A model generated the notes under the pieces. It did not search any database. It saw only the letters and a program-made list of their open reading frames with translations, and was not told the origin of the DNA. Below are positions 39,001-51,652 of a DNA stretch of 64,000 nucleotides, piece after piece. A program made the position numbers and the translations under genes. The stretch is from Paragordius varius (Eukaryota > Animalia > Nematomorpha), in contig OZ176052.1 in NCBI GenBank assembly GCA_964247055.1, forward strand, positions 62,001-126,000. Reading direction: 5' to 3'. Position 1 is the first letter of the stretch, and every line of letters starts with the position of its first letter.

Positions 39001-40876
39001 AACGTAAAAATGTAAAGACAAATATTTTTATCTAAAAGACAACCATACTTTTTAAAATCTTAATTTTTCCAAATATAAATCATTGTTTAAATTATAAAGT
39101 AAATGTAGAAATGTAAATTGGTAACACAATAAATTATGTATTTTACGATTGTAAATAAATAATTTATATAGGAAAAATTAACGTTGTAAAAAATATGGTT
39201 GTCTAAAAATACATGTCTTTTTTTACGTTTTGTCCATATGATTTCATTTTTTACTGTATATGATCAGATACGAATTACAATGTATACGGAAATCCCCGTT
39301 CAAGTTGACGGAGAGCCCTGGCTTCAGCAACCTGGTCAATGTGTTGTGCTTAAATCTGCTCTTAAGGTTTCAGTTACTCACAATCAATTTTTCATGAGTT
39401 TAATTATAATTTTTTTTTCCTCATATAAAATGGTATAAAGTTAAAAGTGGGTTCTATTTATAATGATTATAATTGTGGGAAATAATTATAACTTATTGTG
39501 TGCATCGTAACCATTTCTTAAGGAAAAGAACTAAAGAAAATGAAAATATATTTTAATCAATATACAGTAAAAATTGAAATTATACGGGCTAAATATTAAA
39601 ATATAGAGAGACAAATATTTTTTTTCAGTAGAAAACCATACTTTTTTATACCTTAATATTTCCTCTATATGCTATTTTATTACGATTGTAAGATATAAAA
39701 TTGATTGTGTTAGTATATATATATTTATTTCACACATTGCATTATTAAATAATGAATTATATTAAAAATATCAGGGTTTAAAAAGTATGGTTGTCCTTAA
39801 AAAAATTGTCTTATATTTTTACGTTTTTTTCCGTATAATCAATTTAATAATCATTTATCGGCTAGTTTCTCAAACTATACTACCTTACTTAATAAAAACT
39901 TTAAATAACATGACACCCTATTCATTTATATAACATTTATTTCCAAAAATATCATTATAGCCAGAGAAGCGAAATGTTTTATATTTATATCTTTTACATA
40001 TATATACCATTAACAATTCAAATTCACCCTCAAATCCACCCTTGAACAATTCAAATTCACCCTCAATTAAAATATATGTATTTTAAGATTAAAAACTACC
40101 TATATTTTTAAAAAATAAAAATTTTGTTTTAAATTAAAATAGTACCAAAAAAAATAACAAACTATGCCACAAAGATATATTTTATATTAATAATGAGTTA
40201 TATTAGTTTGAAAACACATAATTTTTTAAAGGTGAATTTGAATTGTTCAAGAATGAATTTTAACTGTAAATGGTACATATATATATATATATATATGTAG
40301 GCATCTATGCTCCGTAAAGTTAAACATCACAAAAGCAGTTCAGCATCAGTTGTTTCTCTACCATTGGCTATTCCGCCTTTATTGGCGTCCAAAGACTCTA
40401 TACAGACTTCCACACCTGGTTCCCTAGAATTCAACAATAATAATACAATCACCGCTGTAACGCCCTATAAATCTCAATCACCCGCCACCTATATTTGGGG
40501 CGCGGATCCAATAATAACCGCCCCCAATATATCAGCTGATGTGGATTCATCTATCATGAATAATGAACAGAAATTTGGCAAAAGTGAATCAAATAGTAAG
40601 AAAAAGACGAAATCCGGTGGGAAATTATCTGAAGGAACCATTCTTTCCAGTCATGAATCGAATGCCCCCCACAAGAATAATGATTTTAGCAGTAGCAGTA
40701 AAAGCAAAAAACAGCAATCCAGGATTATTGGTAATTTGCATCAACCTTTGAGACAATTATCATTGACTACCACCACGTCAAACGTTTTAACAACGCTTAT
40801 AAATAGTCCGACCCCTGGCCCCCATCATAAAGCTGCCCAAAACTATGGCGATGAAAAAATCATTAAGCATGATTGA
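20130..40876 (+). CDS. DGKQ: Diacylglycerol kinase theta (DGK-1 type), 23 exons, 1381 aa: 20130-20250, 21715-21794, 22787-22889, 23410-23504, 24514-24657, 25309-25498, 26377-26520, 27278-27507, 27922-28096, 29238-29417, 29649-30189, 30978-31135, 31793-31854, 32811-32964, 33269-33426, 33730-33881, 34715-34863, 35792-35900, 36371-36568, 37246-37401, 38435-38606, 39268-39366, 40301-40876
   Basis: Three C1 domains, RA-like regions, RRM (VFVGNLPP), catalytic [36 protein letters not shown] and VQVDGEPW. All joins are GT-AG and in phase; CDS is 4146 nt. Core exons are secure; the low-complexity exons 7 and 9-11 less so. Confidence 0.92.
21809..22106. mobile_element. MITE family A copy (DGK intron 2)
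   Basis: Family A TIRs; starts 14 nt after the exon end. Confidence 0.8.
23130..23385. mobile_element. MITE family B copy (foldback-like, 21-bp subrepeats)
   Basis: Family B: TATA-CCATTTACAGTTCAAATTCACCC...GGGTGAATTTGAACTGTAAATGG-TATA, arms built of 21-bp units. Confidence 0.8.
24717..25014. mobile_element. MITE family A copy (DGK intron 5)
   Basis: Family A TIRs with eroded tips. Confidence 0.75.
25859..25908. repeat. (TA)25 microsatellite abutting a family B element
   Basis: Direct reading. Confidence 0.95.
25909..26361. mobile_element. MITE family B copy with about 12 tandem 21-bp units in the right arm
   Basis: Family B termini; array of aagggtgaatttgaattgttc units at about 26107-26355. 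Confidence 0.85.
26730..27025. mobile_element. MITE family A copy (DGK intron 7)
   Basis: Family A TIRs, TA flanks. Confidence 0.8.
28164..28455. mobile_element. MITE family A copy (DGK intron 9)
   Basis: Family A TIRs; variant aatctaaatt. Confidence 0.8.
28859..29203. mobile_element. MITE family B copy (DGK intron 9)
   Basis: Family B termini and 21-bp units. Confidence 0.8.
30395..30903. mobile_element. MITE family A copy with duplicated right arm (DGK intron 11)
   Basis: Element 30395-30693; right arm plus flank aaaagcttt repeated to 30903. Confidence 0.75.
31150..31452. mobile_element. MITE family B copy (DGK intron 12)
   Basis: Family B termini and 21-bp units. Confidence 0.75.
32239..32486. 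mobile_element. MITE family A copy, right arm cut by a family B element
   Basis: Left TIR intact; right TIR stops at ctttata where family B begins. Confidence 0.75.
32490..32796. mobile_element. MITE family B copy (DGK intron 13)
   Basis: Family B termini, TATA flanks. Confidence 0.85.
33992..34277. mobile_element. MITE family A copy (DGK intron 16)
   Basis: Family A TIRs, TA flanks. Confidence 0.8.
34917..35207. mobile_element. MITE family A copy (DGK intron 17)
   Basis: Family A TIRs. Confidence 0.8.
36007..36062. repeat. (TA)28 microsatellite
   Basis: Direct reading. Confidence 0.95.
36717..36999. mobile_element. MITE family A copy (DGK intron 19)
   Basis: Family A TIRs. Confidence 0.8.
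37599..37808. mobile_element. MITE family A copy, internally shortened (DGK intron 20)
   Basis: Family A TIRs, TA flanks. Confidence 0.8.
38134..38402. mobile_element. MITE family A copy (DGK intron 20)
   Basis: Family A TIRs, TA flanks. Confidence 0.8.
38974..39256. mobile_element. MITE family A copy (DGK intron 21)
   Basis: Family A TIRs; ends about 11 nt before the next exon. Confidence 0.8.
39565..39845. mobile_element. MITE family A copy (DGK intron 22)
   Basis: Left TIR intact, right tip eroded. Confidence 0.75.
40007..40273. mobile_element. MITE family B copy (DGK intron 22)
   Basis: Family B termini and 21-bp units. Confidence 0.8.
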
Positions 40877-43322
40877 AGAAAGGAATCTAGTTTCAAAAAC
40901 TAATATTCTATGTCATAATTTGAGGATTCAGTTGAAAAATTTACTTACTGTGGTTCACACCAAATAGACCAAAGAAATGCGTTATAAGGATATACTTTTT
41001 TATGTCTCCTTTTTTTGAATGCGTCATTATGTTTCTTTTTACATTATATATATATATATATATGTAATTTGTGTAAATACATACAGCGTATATGGTATTA
41101 GTATACGTCTTTAAACCAAAACTTTTTTATTACAACTTAATTGAAGGGAGATTTAAATTTCTTCTGGAATTTTTCTATATTGCCAAAAAATATTTTTTTA
41201 ATTTTTTATCGTTTTGTATAATTATATATAATTCCGGTTAGGAAGCATAAAATTAGCAATGTTATTTATATCTAAACTTTATTATTAATAATATATTTTA
41301 ATGGTATTTTCTTTAGAAAAATACCATTTTTGCTGCAATATTTGTTTCCGCATACATGCATACAAATCATATGTGTTAAAAACAGCTGCTAGTTATTATA
41401 TGTATCTCTAATATATTATATATTCCTTTTAATGTTAGTTAGCTAATTATTATTTCCGCGTTTTTAATTATTAAATATAAACTTACATTCTTCAATATTG
41501 AAATCATGATTGCATAATATATAAAATTTAATAAATTAATATATAATTATTTTTTATATTGGTTGTTTTGGAAATAAATATACTCATTTTCACAATATCA
41601 AACGGCATATATAAAATTTACTGATTATGATGGATAAAGATATTTGAATCCTGAAATTTCTTTAATATTTACACTTGCGCTGCTGAAAATAGCAAAATTT
41701 TCGCATATTATAATAAATTTGGTAAAAACTAATTGCTTTTTGAATACAGCATAAACTCTATTTAATTAGCAAATCAATATTCATATTTAATTTAAAAAGG
41801 ACTAGATTTCGCGTGCTAATTTTTACTATGCTAGATGACATCAATTGAAAACATACTCTGTTTAAAATCGAATTTTGTTAAAGCGCACTTCATCGTATTT
41901 AAAAATATGTTGGAAACGGTATAAAAACACATTAGAATATTATAAAAACACTTTTTCTATTTAATTATGGGGAAATTTCACCCCCTCCAAATTTTGGTTT
42001 GGAGATTCTTTCTCTTACAGATTTAAGTTAAATAGAAATTTTTTACAAGAAATCTAGAATTTTAAATAAAATATATCTTTTGATCAGGAACTGAGAGGTG
42101 ATATAAATGGAATCTCCGTGTTATATAAAAAAATTTATATCTTTAGGTGTTTTTAACCGTTTCTATTACGCTTCCAACTATAACCATAAACGTTTCAACA
42201 TTTTTCTGAAAATTAAATTTTTCAGCAAGGTATAACTTTTTCAATTTAATCTAGCATATATTAAGAATTTTATCTCGCATTCTCGGCATATATGCGTTTA
42301 TTAAAGAGAACAAACTCATTTTAGAGTCAGAAAATTTGACTTTTTCAAAGCTTTCATCCAAAATTTATTAAATATCTGTTGTTAGAGCAAAACCTGTAGC
42401 TACTATATATCAAAATATAACACGCATTAATTTTCCTATTATCCTACACGAGCAGTTAGTTTAAAAGTTTTCATATGTTTATAATCACGTATGGCCAAAA
42501 CTAAAAGCACTATGAAAATCTTGATAAATTATTTTGTGAAAAAATATTATTTTCTTGCATTATCCTTTTTGTCAACACTCTGCATTATATTAAACTTAAG
42601 CGTGCCCATTGATCGACACGAATAAAACTAATTTTTTCAAAAGCCAAAATTAAAATAATGGTTTTTTCGTTGGATTATTATTTGGAAGGTAATCGATTTA
42701 ACAATGAATTACTCATTTTATAAAATCACAATGCACAGAAACATACTATTTTGTAAAAAAATATATAAAACAGAAATTTTTTGGGTCATTAGTTAATTAT
42801 ACCATCTTCTAACGGTACGTTATTCATTTCCTGAAACTATTTTATTATGAATTGTTAGATAAATTAATCAAATTATATGATATGCTTTAGTAATGCAAAA
42901 ATTTTTAGATAAACGCAAAAATGTCCAAATTCTTGCTAAAAAAATTCTCCTGTAAGGAAATATTTTTTGTTAAAGTTTACGACGGTATACTATAATAATA
43001 ATTTTATATCTTTATAAAAATGTTATATATATCCTTTCTAGTAGGTGTTGACATACTCAAACAAAAATTTTATAAAATGAAACATAAAATGTGTTGTGTT
43101 TATTTGCGTTCAAAATAATTTTTTTTTCACAATCGCCTCACCTCGCCAGGTAATCAAACAAATAAATACACACGCAAACATACAAATACAAAAATAAACG
43201 TTTTTTATATTATTTCATCACAACTTACCTGTAAAACAAAATTTTATATAAACTTATTTTCATTTCAAACCGTAATGTAATACAATCACGAGTGTGTTAA
43301 ATTTTGAAGTATTTTACAACAA

Positions 43323-46300
43323 ATGTATATGCCAAAGCTACGCGGCAAAATTCATTTAGACTTTGTACTCAAAATTTGGAAATCAAATGTTTCTACCTTT
43401 ATTAATCTCCTAATTCTTATTTTATTAATCAGTGGTCCCTTTATAATTGTGGCTGAACAACAATTCAGCAATTCTGATCAAAATAGCCATCATTTGCAGA
43501 ATAATAATTCTTCGATTTCAGAGGCGGACAGTGCAGATAACGCAAATAAATTAACCGAATCTAAGCTCCCAGTTAACATTTGGGATTTGTTCAAGAACAC
43601 AAAGTATTGTAAATGTGTTAAAGATATCATCGAATCTGAAGATTCTAATCTGGCGGGAGATTTTTTGGAACAACCCCGATTTGTAAATATATACTGTGAA
43701 CATTGCACCGAGTCAGAATTATTGAAAAAATTGGGCGTATACGCCCGACAATTATCTAAAATGGAAGAAAATAGGACTAATAAGGACCCATTGATCACAG
43801 TTAATAAGTTGCACTTATTTAATAATGCACTACCTGAACTTAAACGGGAGTTATTTGTTGGATTACATCCTTTAACCCTGATATTAAATGAATGTGCCAT
43901 ACAACGCATTCAATATGATACCTTTCTAGATTTAGCACCTACGTTAAAAATTTTATTTTGGCTACAATCGCAATCTCAGCCCCTGGAAAATGAAGGATCG
44001 AATGCGACCCAAAGTGGAATCGATATATCTCAAGCTTTCCGGAAGCTATCAAATTTAGAGAAAATGCATTTAGCCGTGTGGGATATTAGGATTTTACCCT
44101 CAAACTTTTGTGCTCAGTGTGGAAACTTGACAGAACTCTTCTTGGAATGCAATAATGTATTGGACATCCATAGTGATTGGTTCTCCGGTATAAATCGCAA
44201 TTTATCCTCGTTTCACTTAAAGAGTCCGAACAATGAAAATTTTACGCATGAAATGTTTAATTACTTATCAGGTCTCCAACTTATCCACCTAAACATTAAG
44301 GGTTTCTCCTCAATACCTCAAAAATTTTTTGCCAGTCTCACGAATTTGAGCCATCTAGAGTTGGTAGGAGCCAATCTCGAAACATTCGATTCAAGCGTTT
44401 TCGATTATATTCAGGGCACACTCAAAACCTTAAATTTGCGGGCAAATAATTTCCAAAAACTCGATCCGGTCTGGTTGGGAAGATTGGTCAATCTTGAAGA
44501 ACTTTATCTCTCTTGGAATGATATTACTAAGATTCGGGCAACAGATTTAACAGCAAATCGTAAATTAAAATTTGTAGATTTTCAACTAAATGTGATATCT
44601 GAAATAGAAGATAACTCTTTTTTGTTCAACCAAGCCTTAGAGTCTCTCAATTTAAACCTTAATGATATACACACCTGGACAGATAAAACATTTATGGGTC
44701 CCCCACTAAAAGTATTAAACGCGAAAACCAATAATATCCAAAAGCTGGTTTCAGGCGTTTTCCCGTCCAATTGTGCCCAGCTGAAAACGCTTGATTTATC
44801 CTTCAATAGCATTCATGAAATCGAACCTGGGGCTTTTTCTCACCTGGAAAAACTTGTTAGCTTAGATCTTTACAATACTTATTTAACCGATAAGGCACTT
44901 CCTTACTTAATGCCGATGCAAAATTTAAAGCACCTAAACTTAAGTCAAAATAAAATTTCCCTCCTAAATGAATCCATGTGCCAAGTATTGGATCATTTGG
45001 AAACGTTTGAATTTACGGGTTATTTAATTTCTTTTTATTCTTTAATCAAGAACCGAAAATGGAACCTGTTCTGAATGTAAAAAACCGTTTTCGGAACCGC
45101 TAAATTTTTAAAGAACCAAAGCGGTTCCGGTTTCACTTTTTTTGAACCGGTTTTAAGCCCTGCTTTTTTGACATAAAAATTTAAGGGAAACAAGGAATTC
45201 TCGTTAGAAACACGGAGTAAACAAAAAAATGTTTAATAATAATACTATATTTCCTAAAAAACTATTGATACACTTTATGAAGACAATTTTTATTTTTATT
45301 CAATTTTAAACCTATGTAATGACGGTCATAAAATATGGAGGAGAAACTTAAAATCATAATCTTTCATCAATGTTCCTAAAAAGGAACATTACTTTTATGT
45401 TTACCCGTATTTCAAATAATATTATAAAATTAATTTTTAAATGATTCTGGCTTTAATTATTTATCCCTCTTTGAATTTGTTTTATGCATTTCCTCTTTAT
45501 GCCTCTAGGTAATAGATTAGATTGTAGTGCCAGCCATGCTTTACAACCGTTTCAAAAATGTCTGAAACGTTGGATTCAGTCCACAGAATCAAATACGCCA
45601 GAAGTCAGTGTAGACAGAGGGCGTCTTTTTCAAGCCCTTAACCTTAGATGTTCTATGCCTCCGGCTTTAGCTGGGTATCCCTTACTGCAGATTCGTTTTG
45701 ACCAAAATGACACGAAAGCACAAAATTCATCAAATGATGAGAGAATATTGAACAACACCCTAACTTCTACAAACACATCTTCAATTTCAAACATATCAAG
45801 CCATACTATATCTGATCAACCGAGTCATATTCCTGACACAAATAATGATACCATGGTTTTTATTTAGTTTTGGATATGTTTTGTTAAATATACGCAAAAA
45901 TTAATTATCTTTTATTTTTTATTATGTTTTTAAGATTTCAACCACATCAAACACCCTATCATCGACTCTTATTTCGGGAGATGTAACAACTTTAAAAGTT
46001 TCAACTATAATCCCGGACGATACTCAACAGGGTCAGACTCAAGCGGCATTATTGGAAGAAAATGGAAGGATAGAACAACCGAAATCTCGATTATCTTCTG
46101 TGGTTTTTGCATTAACTTTGCTCATCACATCTTTAACCATGTTGGGATGCTTTTGGTTTTTATACTATTACAAATACTATGGAAAGATTAGGGATTATTT
46201 CAAAGCAAACAAAGCTTTTGGATTTAAACGTTTCACTAATAAGTTCTCTAGTAGCCCATTATCACGCTCAACTTCACATTTGCTAGGCCACCCTTATTAT

Positions 46301-46333
46301 TACAATTCTCCACCCATTCATATTAGCAGTTGA
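43323..46333 (+). CDS. Leucine-rich-repeat single-pass membrane protein; exons 43323-45018, 45509-45855, 45935-46333 (813 aa)
   Basis: Hydrophobic leader, many LxxLxLxxN repeats, LRRCT-like GNRLDC...C...C, Ser/Thr-rich stalk, TM VVFALTLLITSLTMLGCFWFLYYY, short tail. CDS is 2442 nt. Confidence 0.85.
45058..45162. mobile_element. One-ended hAT-like MITE fragment in LRR intron 1
   Basis: Reverse-complement end CAGGGCTTAAAACCGGTT with repeated GAACC/AACCG subterminal motifs; no partner TIR found. Confidence 0.4.
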
Positions 46334-46618
46334 GACTAAAATTAAGATTTTTGAATAGCTTGTCGGACAATATAAAATGTTCAGTTTACGCTTTGAAAAT
46401 TATTATATTTGCTCAAAATGATATCAACCTATAGAATTATATTATTTTACATTTTCATTAAATACCGAAAAAAATATATTCATGGGTATAATAATGAAAA
46501 TTTTTCAATAAAAATATCCCGTTCTTGGCATAATATATATTTAGATATTATATGCAATACATTTTATACTAATGAGTGCTCACAATAAAACAATGTAGAT
46601 ATTTTATATGTATATATT

Positions 46619-46650
<32 letters not shown>

Positions 46651-47059
46651 TGTATTGATAAATCAATTTTTAATTGAAATGCCATTAAAATGTATAATTT
46701 TAAAAGAAGGGTTTTAAAGCAAACACTTTAAATTAAGACGAGTTTCTAATGATAAATTAGTTAAAAAAGGTCAATTAAATATTTTGGCTTTAAAATGGAT
46801 GCATATTATTCAAATTTATACCCTAATATAATGGAATATAAACAACAAACACAATGCAAATGATTGCCAAGAGCTATGTGACAGCCTTTTAATGTGGTAC
46901 CTGTATAAATATTTAGGCAAACGAGATATAATTGTTTGTCAACCAAGAAGATGGACGCACATTTTTTTAGTTTTAAACATGATATTCTTTTTAATTTTAT
47001 TCATTATTTGTGCCTACTATCGAAAGCCATAAAAACATAATTCAGTATTAATCTTAAAA

Positions 47060-48025
47060 ATGAATCAATACTTGTTGCCCGTAGAAAACGCAAATTATTT
47101 TTATCGATCGCCTAATCGAGAAATACATGAAACTAAAGAAACATCTTCACCTGCCAAAGAATTGAATTTATCCGCAAGAATTAAGTTTTTTGAGCAAAAA
47201 TCTGCAATTAAACAAGGATCCAATTCCGCAGCAGTAACTCCAAATTGGGATCGCCGAAAAACTATCTGCGTTAGGAGTAAAAGCCCTAATATGCCAGTCC
47301 AAGATTTCAAAAATATTCAGGATAAAACTATTAAAGAGTATGTTTTAATATAGCCGTTAATAATTTGGGTAACCTTCTCTTTTATAATAAACTATAATAT
47401 ATAATTTATTCTCTAAGGTATGATATAAAAAAAACAAAATTAAAATCAATGATATCTCGTTTTATATAATAACAGATCTAGTCAACCAAGCCAGATAGGA
47501 AATAATAAAAACGCCCCAAACATGGAATACGCTAACCATATTGAAACAGATAAAAATCATCGGACTTTTCATGAGATTGATTATGAGAATAAAACCGCTA
47601 TAATAACCGATTCTCAGCCAAAGTTGATATTAAGCAATTGCGATAGTCCCAAGATGGAATTGGATGCACTTGAAAATTTAACTTTTGTTAAACTGACCAT
47701 TCCAGAACGACCTAAAATGATGAGGCGATCTTACACACGTCCCAAATCGTTGTACAATAATACCATTGAGCATAAAACCGAAGAATCAATTTTTAATTGC
47801 GATTTATCAAACATGATCGATATTAAGGGTGTAACAAAAACACCAAAAACATCACCCCAACCTACGGGATTTGTAAGAAGTTACTCGTTAATGCCAGGCC
47901 CTCAAAAATCAAGACTTAGAAAATCGATTTCGGGTCATCTGTTAGCTCCAGAAGCCGTCAATGCTCTTAACTCAAAAGAGGATTTTACTAATGTCGTGCT
48001 TCGCAAAACTAATAGAGCACACTAA
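47060..48025 (+). CDS. Uncharacterised basic, Ser/Pro-rich protein; exons 47060-47337, 47476-48025 (275 aa; true 5' end uncertain)
   Basis: Two open, GC-richer blocks joined in phase 2 by a 138-nt GT-AG intron; no family recognised. Confidence 0.6.
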
Positions 48026-48168
48026 ATTATTTATTAACTAATTATGGCATTATATTACCTAAATATTAATAAATTTATAAGATTTTTTTTAAAAAACATA
48101 CAGCCGTTTAACATTAGTATAATAAAAACATGTGTCACAGGTGAGACGGGCAGGTGTATTTTGGATAA

Positions 48169-50943
48169 ATGTCGAATGTGGTTTTGAAACATGCTTTACA
48201 AACAGTATTAATTGTGCAATTAGTAAATTTGTTGTAACCTCTAAATATAGATTGCAATCCTACAAAAACATATTTTTGATTTCCTCAATTATATGTGGTT
48301 CCTTACCCTTATGAATTTCATTCAAATAATCGTTTTAATTTTCGCCTACTTTGGAACTAAGCAAGAATACCAAAAATACATAAAATTGGTAAATTTAACA
48401 TAAATATTTTCAGTATTTGTATTGGTCATTTATATGGATAATATGGAATGGAATCATTTGTATCCTGTATCTTAATTTAACCTCCTATTTACCAAAAGTT
48501 CTTGTGTATAAATATAATGTTTAGGCTGAAACATTCCTAAGGTTTTATCTCAAGAATCCATTTAAGCCGGGGAAATCGTCGCATTTGCATGCCAAAATTT
48601 GTCAAACCTTTCTGCATCTTTGTTTGCATTTCAATGAAAACTTTTTTGATCTTTTTCAGAGCATAGCTCAAATCATTCTGGCTCTTATTGGTACCGTGCT
48701 GGGAATTTTAACATCATCCGTTGAATTAGGCCAAAAATTAAGTAATTATTTTCCCGAGAAAGAAAAACGATTATAATATTAACACTCCTACTAACGTCCT
48801 AGTTTTTAAAGCAGTTAGTTGAAAATATCAAGGTGTGGAAAATAAAGAATGGAAATATCCAAGTTTTTCTCCGGATTAAAAATTATATTTTTATAAAAGA
48901 ACATAACTTTTTTGTATGTAAGAGGGTGTCTTTTTGCTAGCCGAAACATTTTAGGCTTTATTTTATTTTAGGCCTAAACTCTACCATAATGATTTTTTGA
49001 AATTATCCTAAAATTTGCATCAAAATCTATTTGTTTATAATAAATTTGATGGTTTTTTACCATATCATTTAAAATAAGCCCTATTAATATTGGCTTGAAA
49101 ATATATGGATGACATGTGTTGTTTTATGTAAAATACCTTTTAAATTGCGACAATACAGTTGAATATTACCGCCAATATTTATGAATCGCTTATAATAGGT
49201 ACCAGTTAAAAACATTTTAACATTATATGCTTATAACCCGATGGGAACCAATATTTAGTAATAGGGGCACTATTAAAATATAAAAAAATATACTTTTTTG
49301 TGAACAGTTTGAAACTTCTGGTAGATTTTATAATAGATAATTGAGTTATAAAAGAAAAGACTCATCTTACAAGTTTTCTCTAAATATTGTGATAAACGCA
49401 AAAAAAGCTTTGTTTTATTAAGATCGCCCTTGTAAAATATAATTTTTATTTTACAAGGAGTAAATGCCAAAGCTTATCTTGTTTTTATCACAATAATTTA
49501 GGTAACTTTTGTAAATAAGACTTTTTCACAATATTTTAGGTATCTTTAAAAGGATTTCTGTTTAAATTCATAATTTTTACCATTTTTTATACTTTGTATC
49601 TATCTTTTTAGATCATGCTCAATCTTGGAACTTTTATGCCGCAAACTCTAAGCACAAACAAAATAGCAGCAATACCCATAAAAGGTTAACTCAATCAAAC
49701 GACAATAATTTGAAAAATAGCCATATGATCGAAGATCAGCTGATGTTTTTAGACAATCCAGGGTATTTTCCCCAAAATCAGGATTCTACAAGGAAACAAC
49801 AATATGCAGACCCACTTAAGATTAATGCGCCACCATTTGGGAGAGATCAATATGTAACAGCTGATTATCCGAATATTGAGCCATCAACTGCTACTATTTC
49901 TATCAGGAAAAATAGATCTTTGTCTCGAAACTTTTATAATGATAGCTTTAATGATAAAAATATTAGTGAGACCCTTACATCTTGTTATATAAGGTAAGAG
50001 AAACTGTATAGGCAGTTTTTAAATTCTTAAGTGAAATTTTATAGGTATTTAAATTTTGAAAAATTGTTAATATGTAAAAAGTTTATTAAAATTATAAGTT
50101 TTTTCAGATTTATAGCGAATTCTTTGCGCCCTTTTAAACATTTATTAAAACTTTTTACATAACATTTTTAGGCAAATTTTGATTTTTACTATATTAAAAT
50201 ATGCATATAACTGATGATATTAAATTTTATTTTGTTAACAATTTAGTGATGAAAGACGTAAACCAATCATAACTACAAACCTTGATGAAACACTTTTCAC
50301 ACTTCGCAAAGATTCTTTAGATCAATTCCAGGATATTGCTAGTAAGAATGATCAATTTATTCAAAATCAAAAAACATCAGTGCCAGATCATTCCATTTGG
50401 AACGAAAAATCTCCCGCGCAAAATCCAAATCACAATACTACTCACCTGTCTTTTCCTATCATTAGCGAATCTAAGAATAAAAATTACTCTATTGTACATG
50501 GAAATACGCACCTTAAAACTCCACATGAATCTAATATGCAGATTTTAGAGAATTTTAATTTCAAACCTCATGTATTCCAGGATAAAGTAATGCAACACCA
50601 TTTAAGTCTGGCTCGACGAAGACGAAATCTCCGAAATAGTATAGGATCTGCTCGGCGTAAAAAACAAAATTGTATGCGGACATCAAACACTTTATCAAAC
50701 GCTTTAACCGCTAATAATTTGACTGTGGAAAAATCTCAGACTGTTTTAAGTGGCATAAATACTCAAGCATCTCAGCATTCTAGTATACAAGAAAAATCAA
50801 ATTATCAAATATCTTTGCATAATAATAATTTACTTAATAGTTTTAGTACGCAAAACAACAGGTCAAACTATAACAGTAATGTTCAATATCAAGGCTATGT
50901 AGATATGATTTCACCCTTGACGCAGACCAAAATATTTTCTTAG
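48169..50943 (+). CDS. NKAIN: NKAIN-family Na+/K+-ATPase-interacting membrane protein with long C-terminal tail; exons 48169-48222, 48251-48388, 48414-48497, 48525-48741, 49612-49993, 50247-50943 (523 aa)
   Basis: Spliced product VQL-IAILQKHIFDFLNYMWFLTLMNFIQIIVLIFAYFGTKQ...YLYWSFIWIIWNGIICILYL...CLHFNENFFDLFQSIAQIILALIG aligns by eye with NKAIN (ERQVFDFLGYQW, WNVFVICFYL, SSLQIVLALAG). CDS is 1572 nt. Confidence 0.85.
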
Positions 50944-50952
50944 ATTCATATA

Positions 50953-51132
50953 CCATTTACAGTTCGAATTCACCCTTGAACAATTTAAATTCACTCTAAA
51001 ATTAATTAAGTGTTTTTTAAGATTAAAAATTACTTATACTTTTTATACTTATGAAAAATGAAATTTAAATTAAAATAATACTGGAAAAATAAGCCATTAA
51101 GATATATTTCGTATGAATGATGAGTTATATTA
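50953..51132. mobile_element. MITE family B copy just after the NKAIN stop codon
   Basis: Family B termini, TATA flanks. Confidence 0.8.
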
Positions 51133-51652
51133 GAGCCCGAAAACACGTTTAGGGTGAATTTGAATTGTTTAAGGGTGAAATATGGTAAATGGTATATTTT
51201 AAAAAATCTCTATAAAATATTTTTTTTAGCTACATTTATGTGTGATATACAGAGAATAATCAAAATGCATTTATTTTTGCGACCACAATATTCCAATCAA
51301 AAAATATATTTTTATAATTTTCTTATTATATAAAATTATTATAAAACAATAGAGTATATGCCATACGTATTTCACCTATAACTGTGTTAATTATAGTGGC
51401 TTGGTCTAAGTTAAGCATTTTTTTCAAGCAAAGAATTAAAAAAAATTGTCTTTGCTTGAAAAATCGTTCTGTAATCGTGGTATTTGACTGGTTATGACCA
51501 GATTGATTGCATTTGAATAATTTCGGTTTTATCGGTTAAAATCACCTTCATTTGTAAAAAATAGTACTTTTATGAGCAGATTGATTCGGAATTTTAATTT
51601 TTAAATTTTCAGTGTAATAAAAATTGGTATTTTTAACATTTAACAGTTATTA

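Noticed and set aside
43490-44812. Antisense ORFs inside the LRR exon
   Set aside because: Expected by chance opposite a long coding exon.
48141-48153. 13-nt GT...AG segment upstream of the NKAIN start
   Set aside because: Too short to be a credible intron and not needed for the reading frame.
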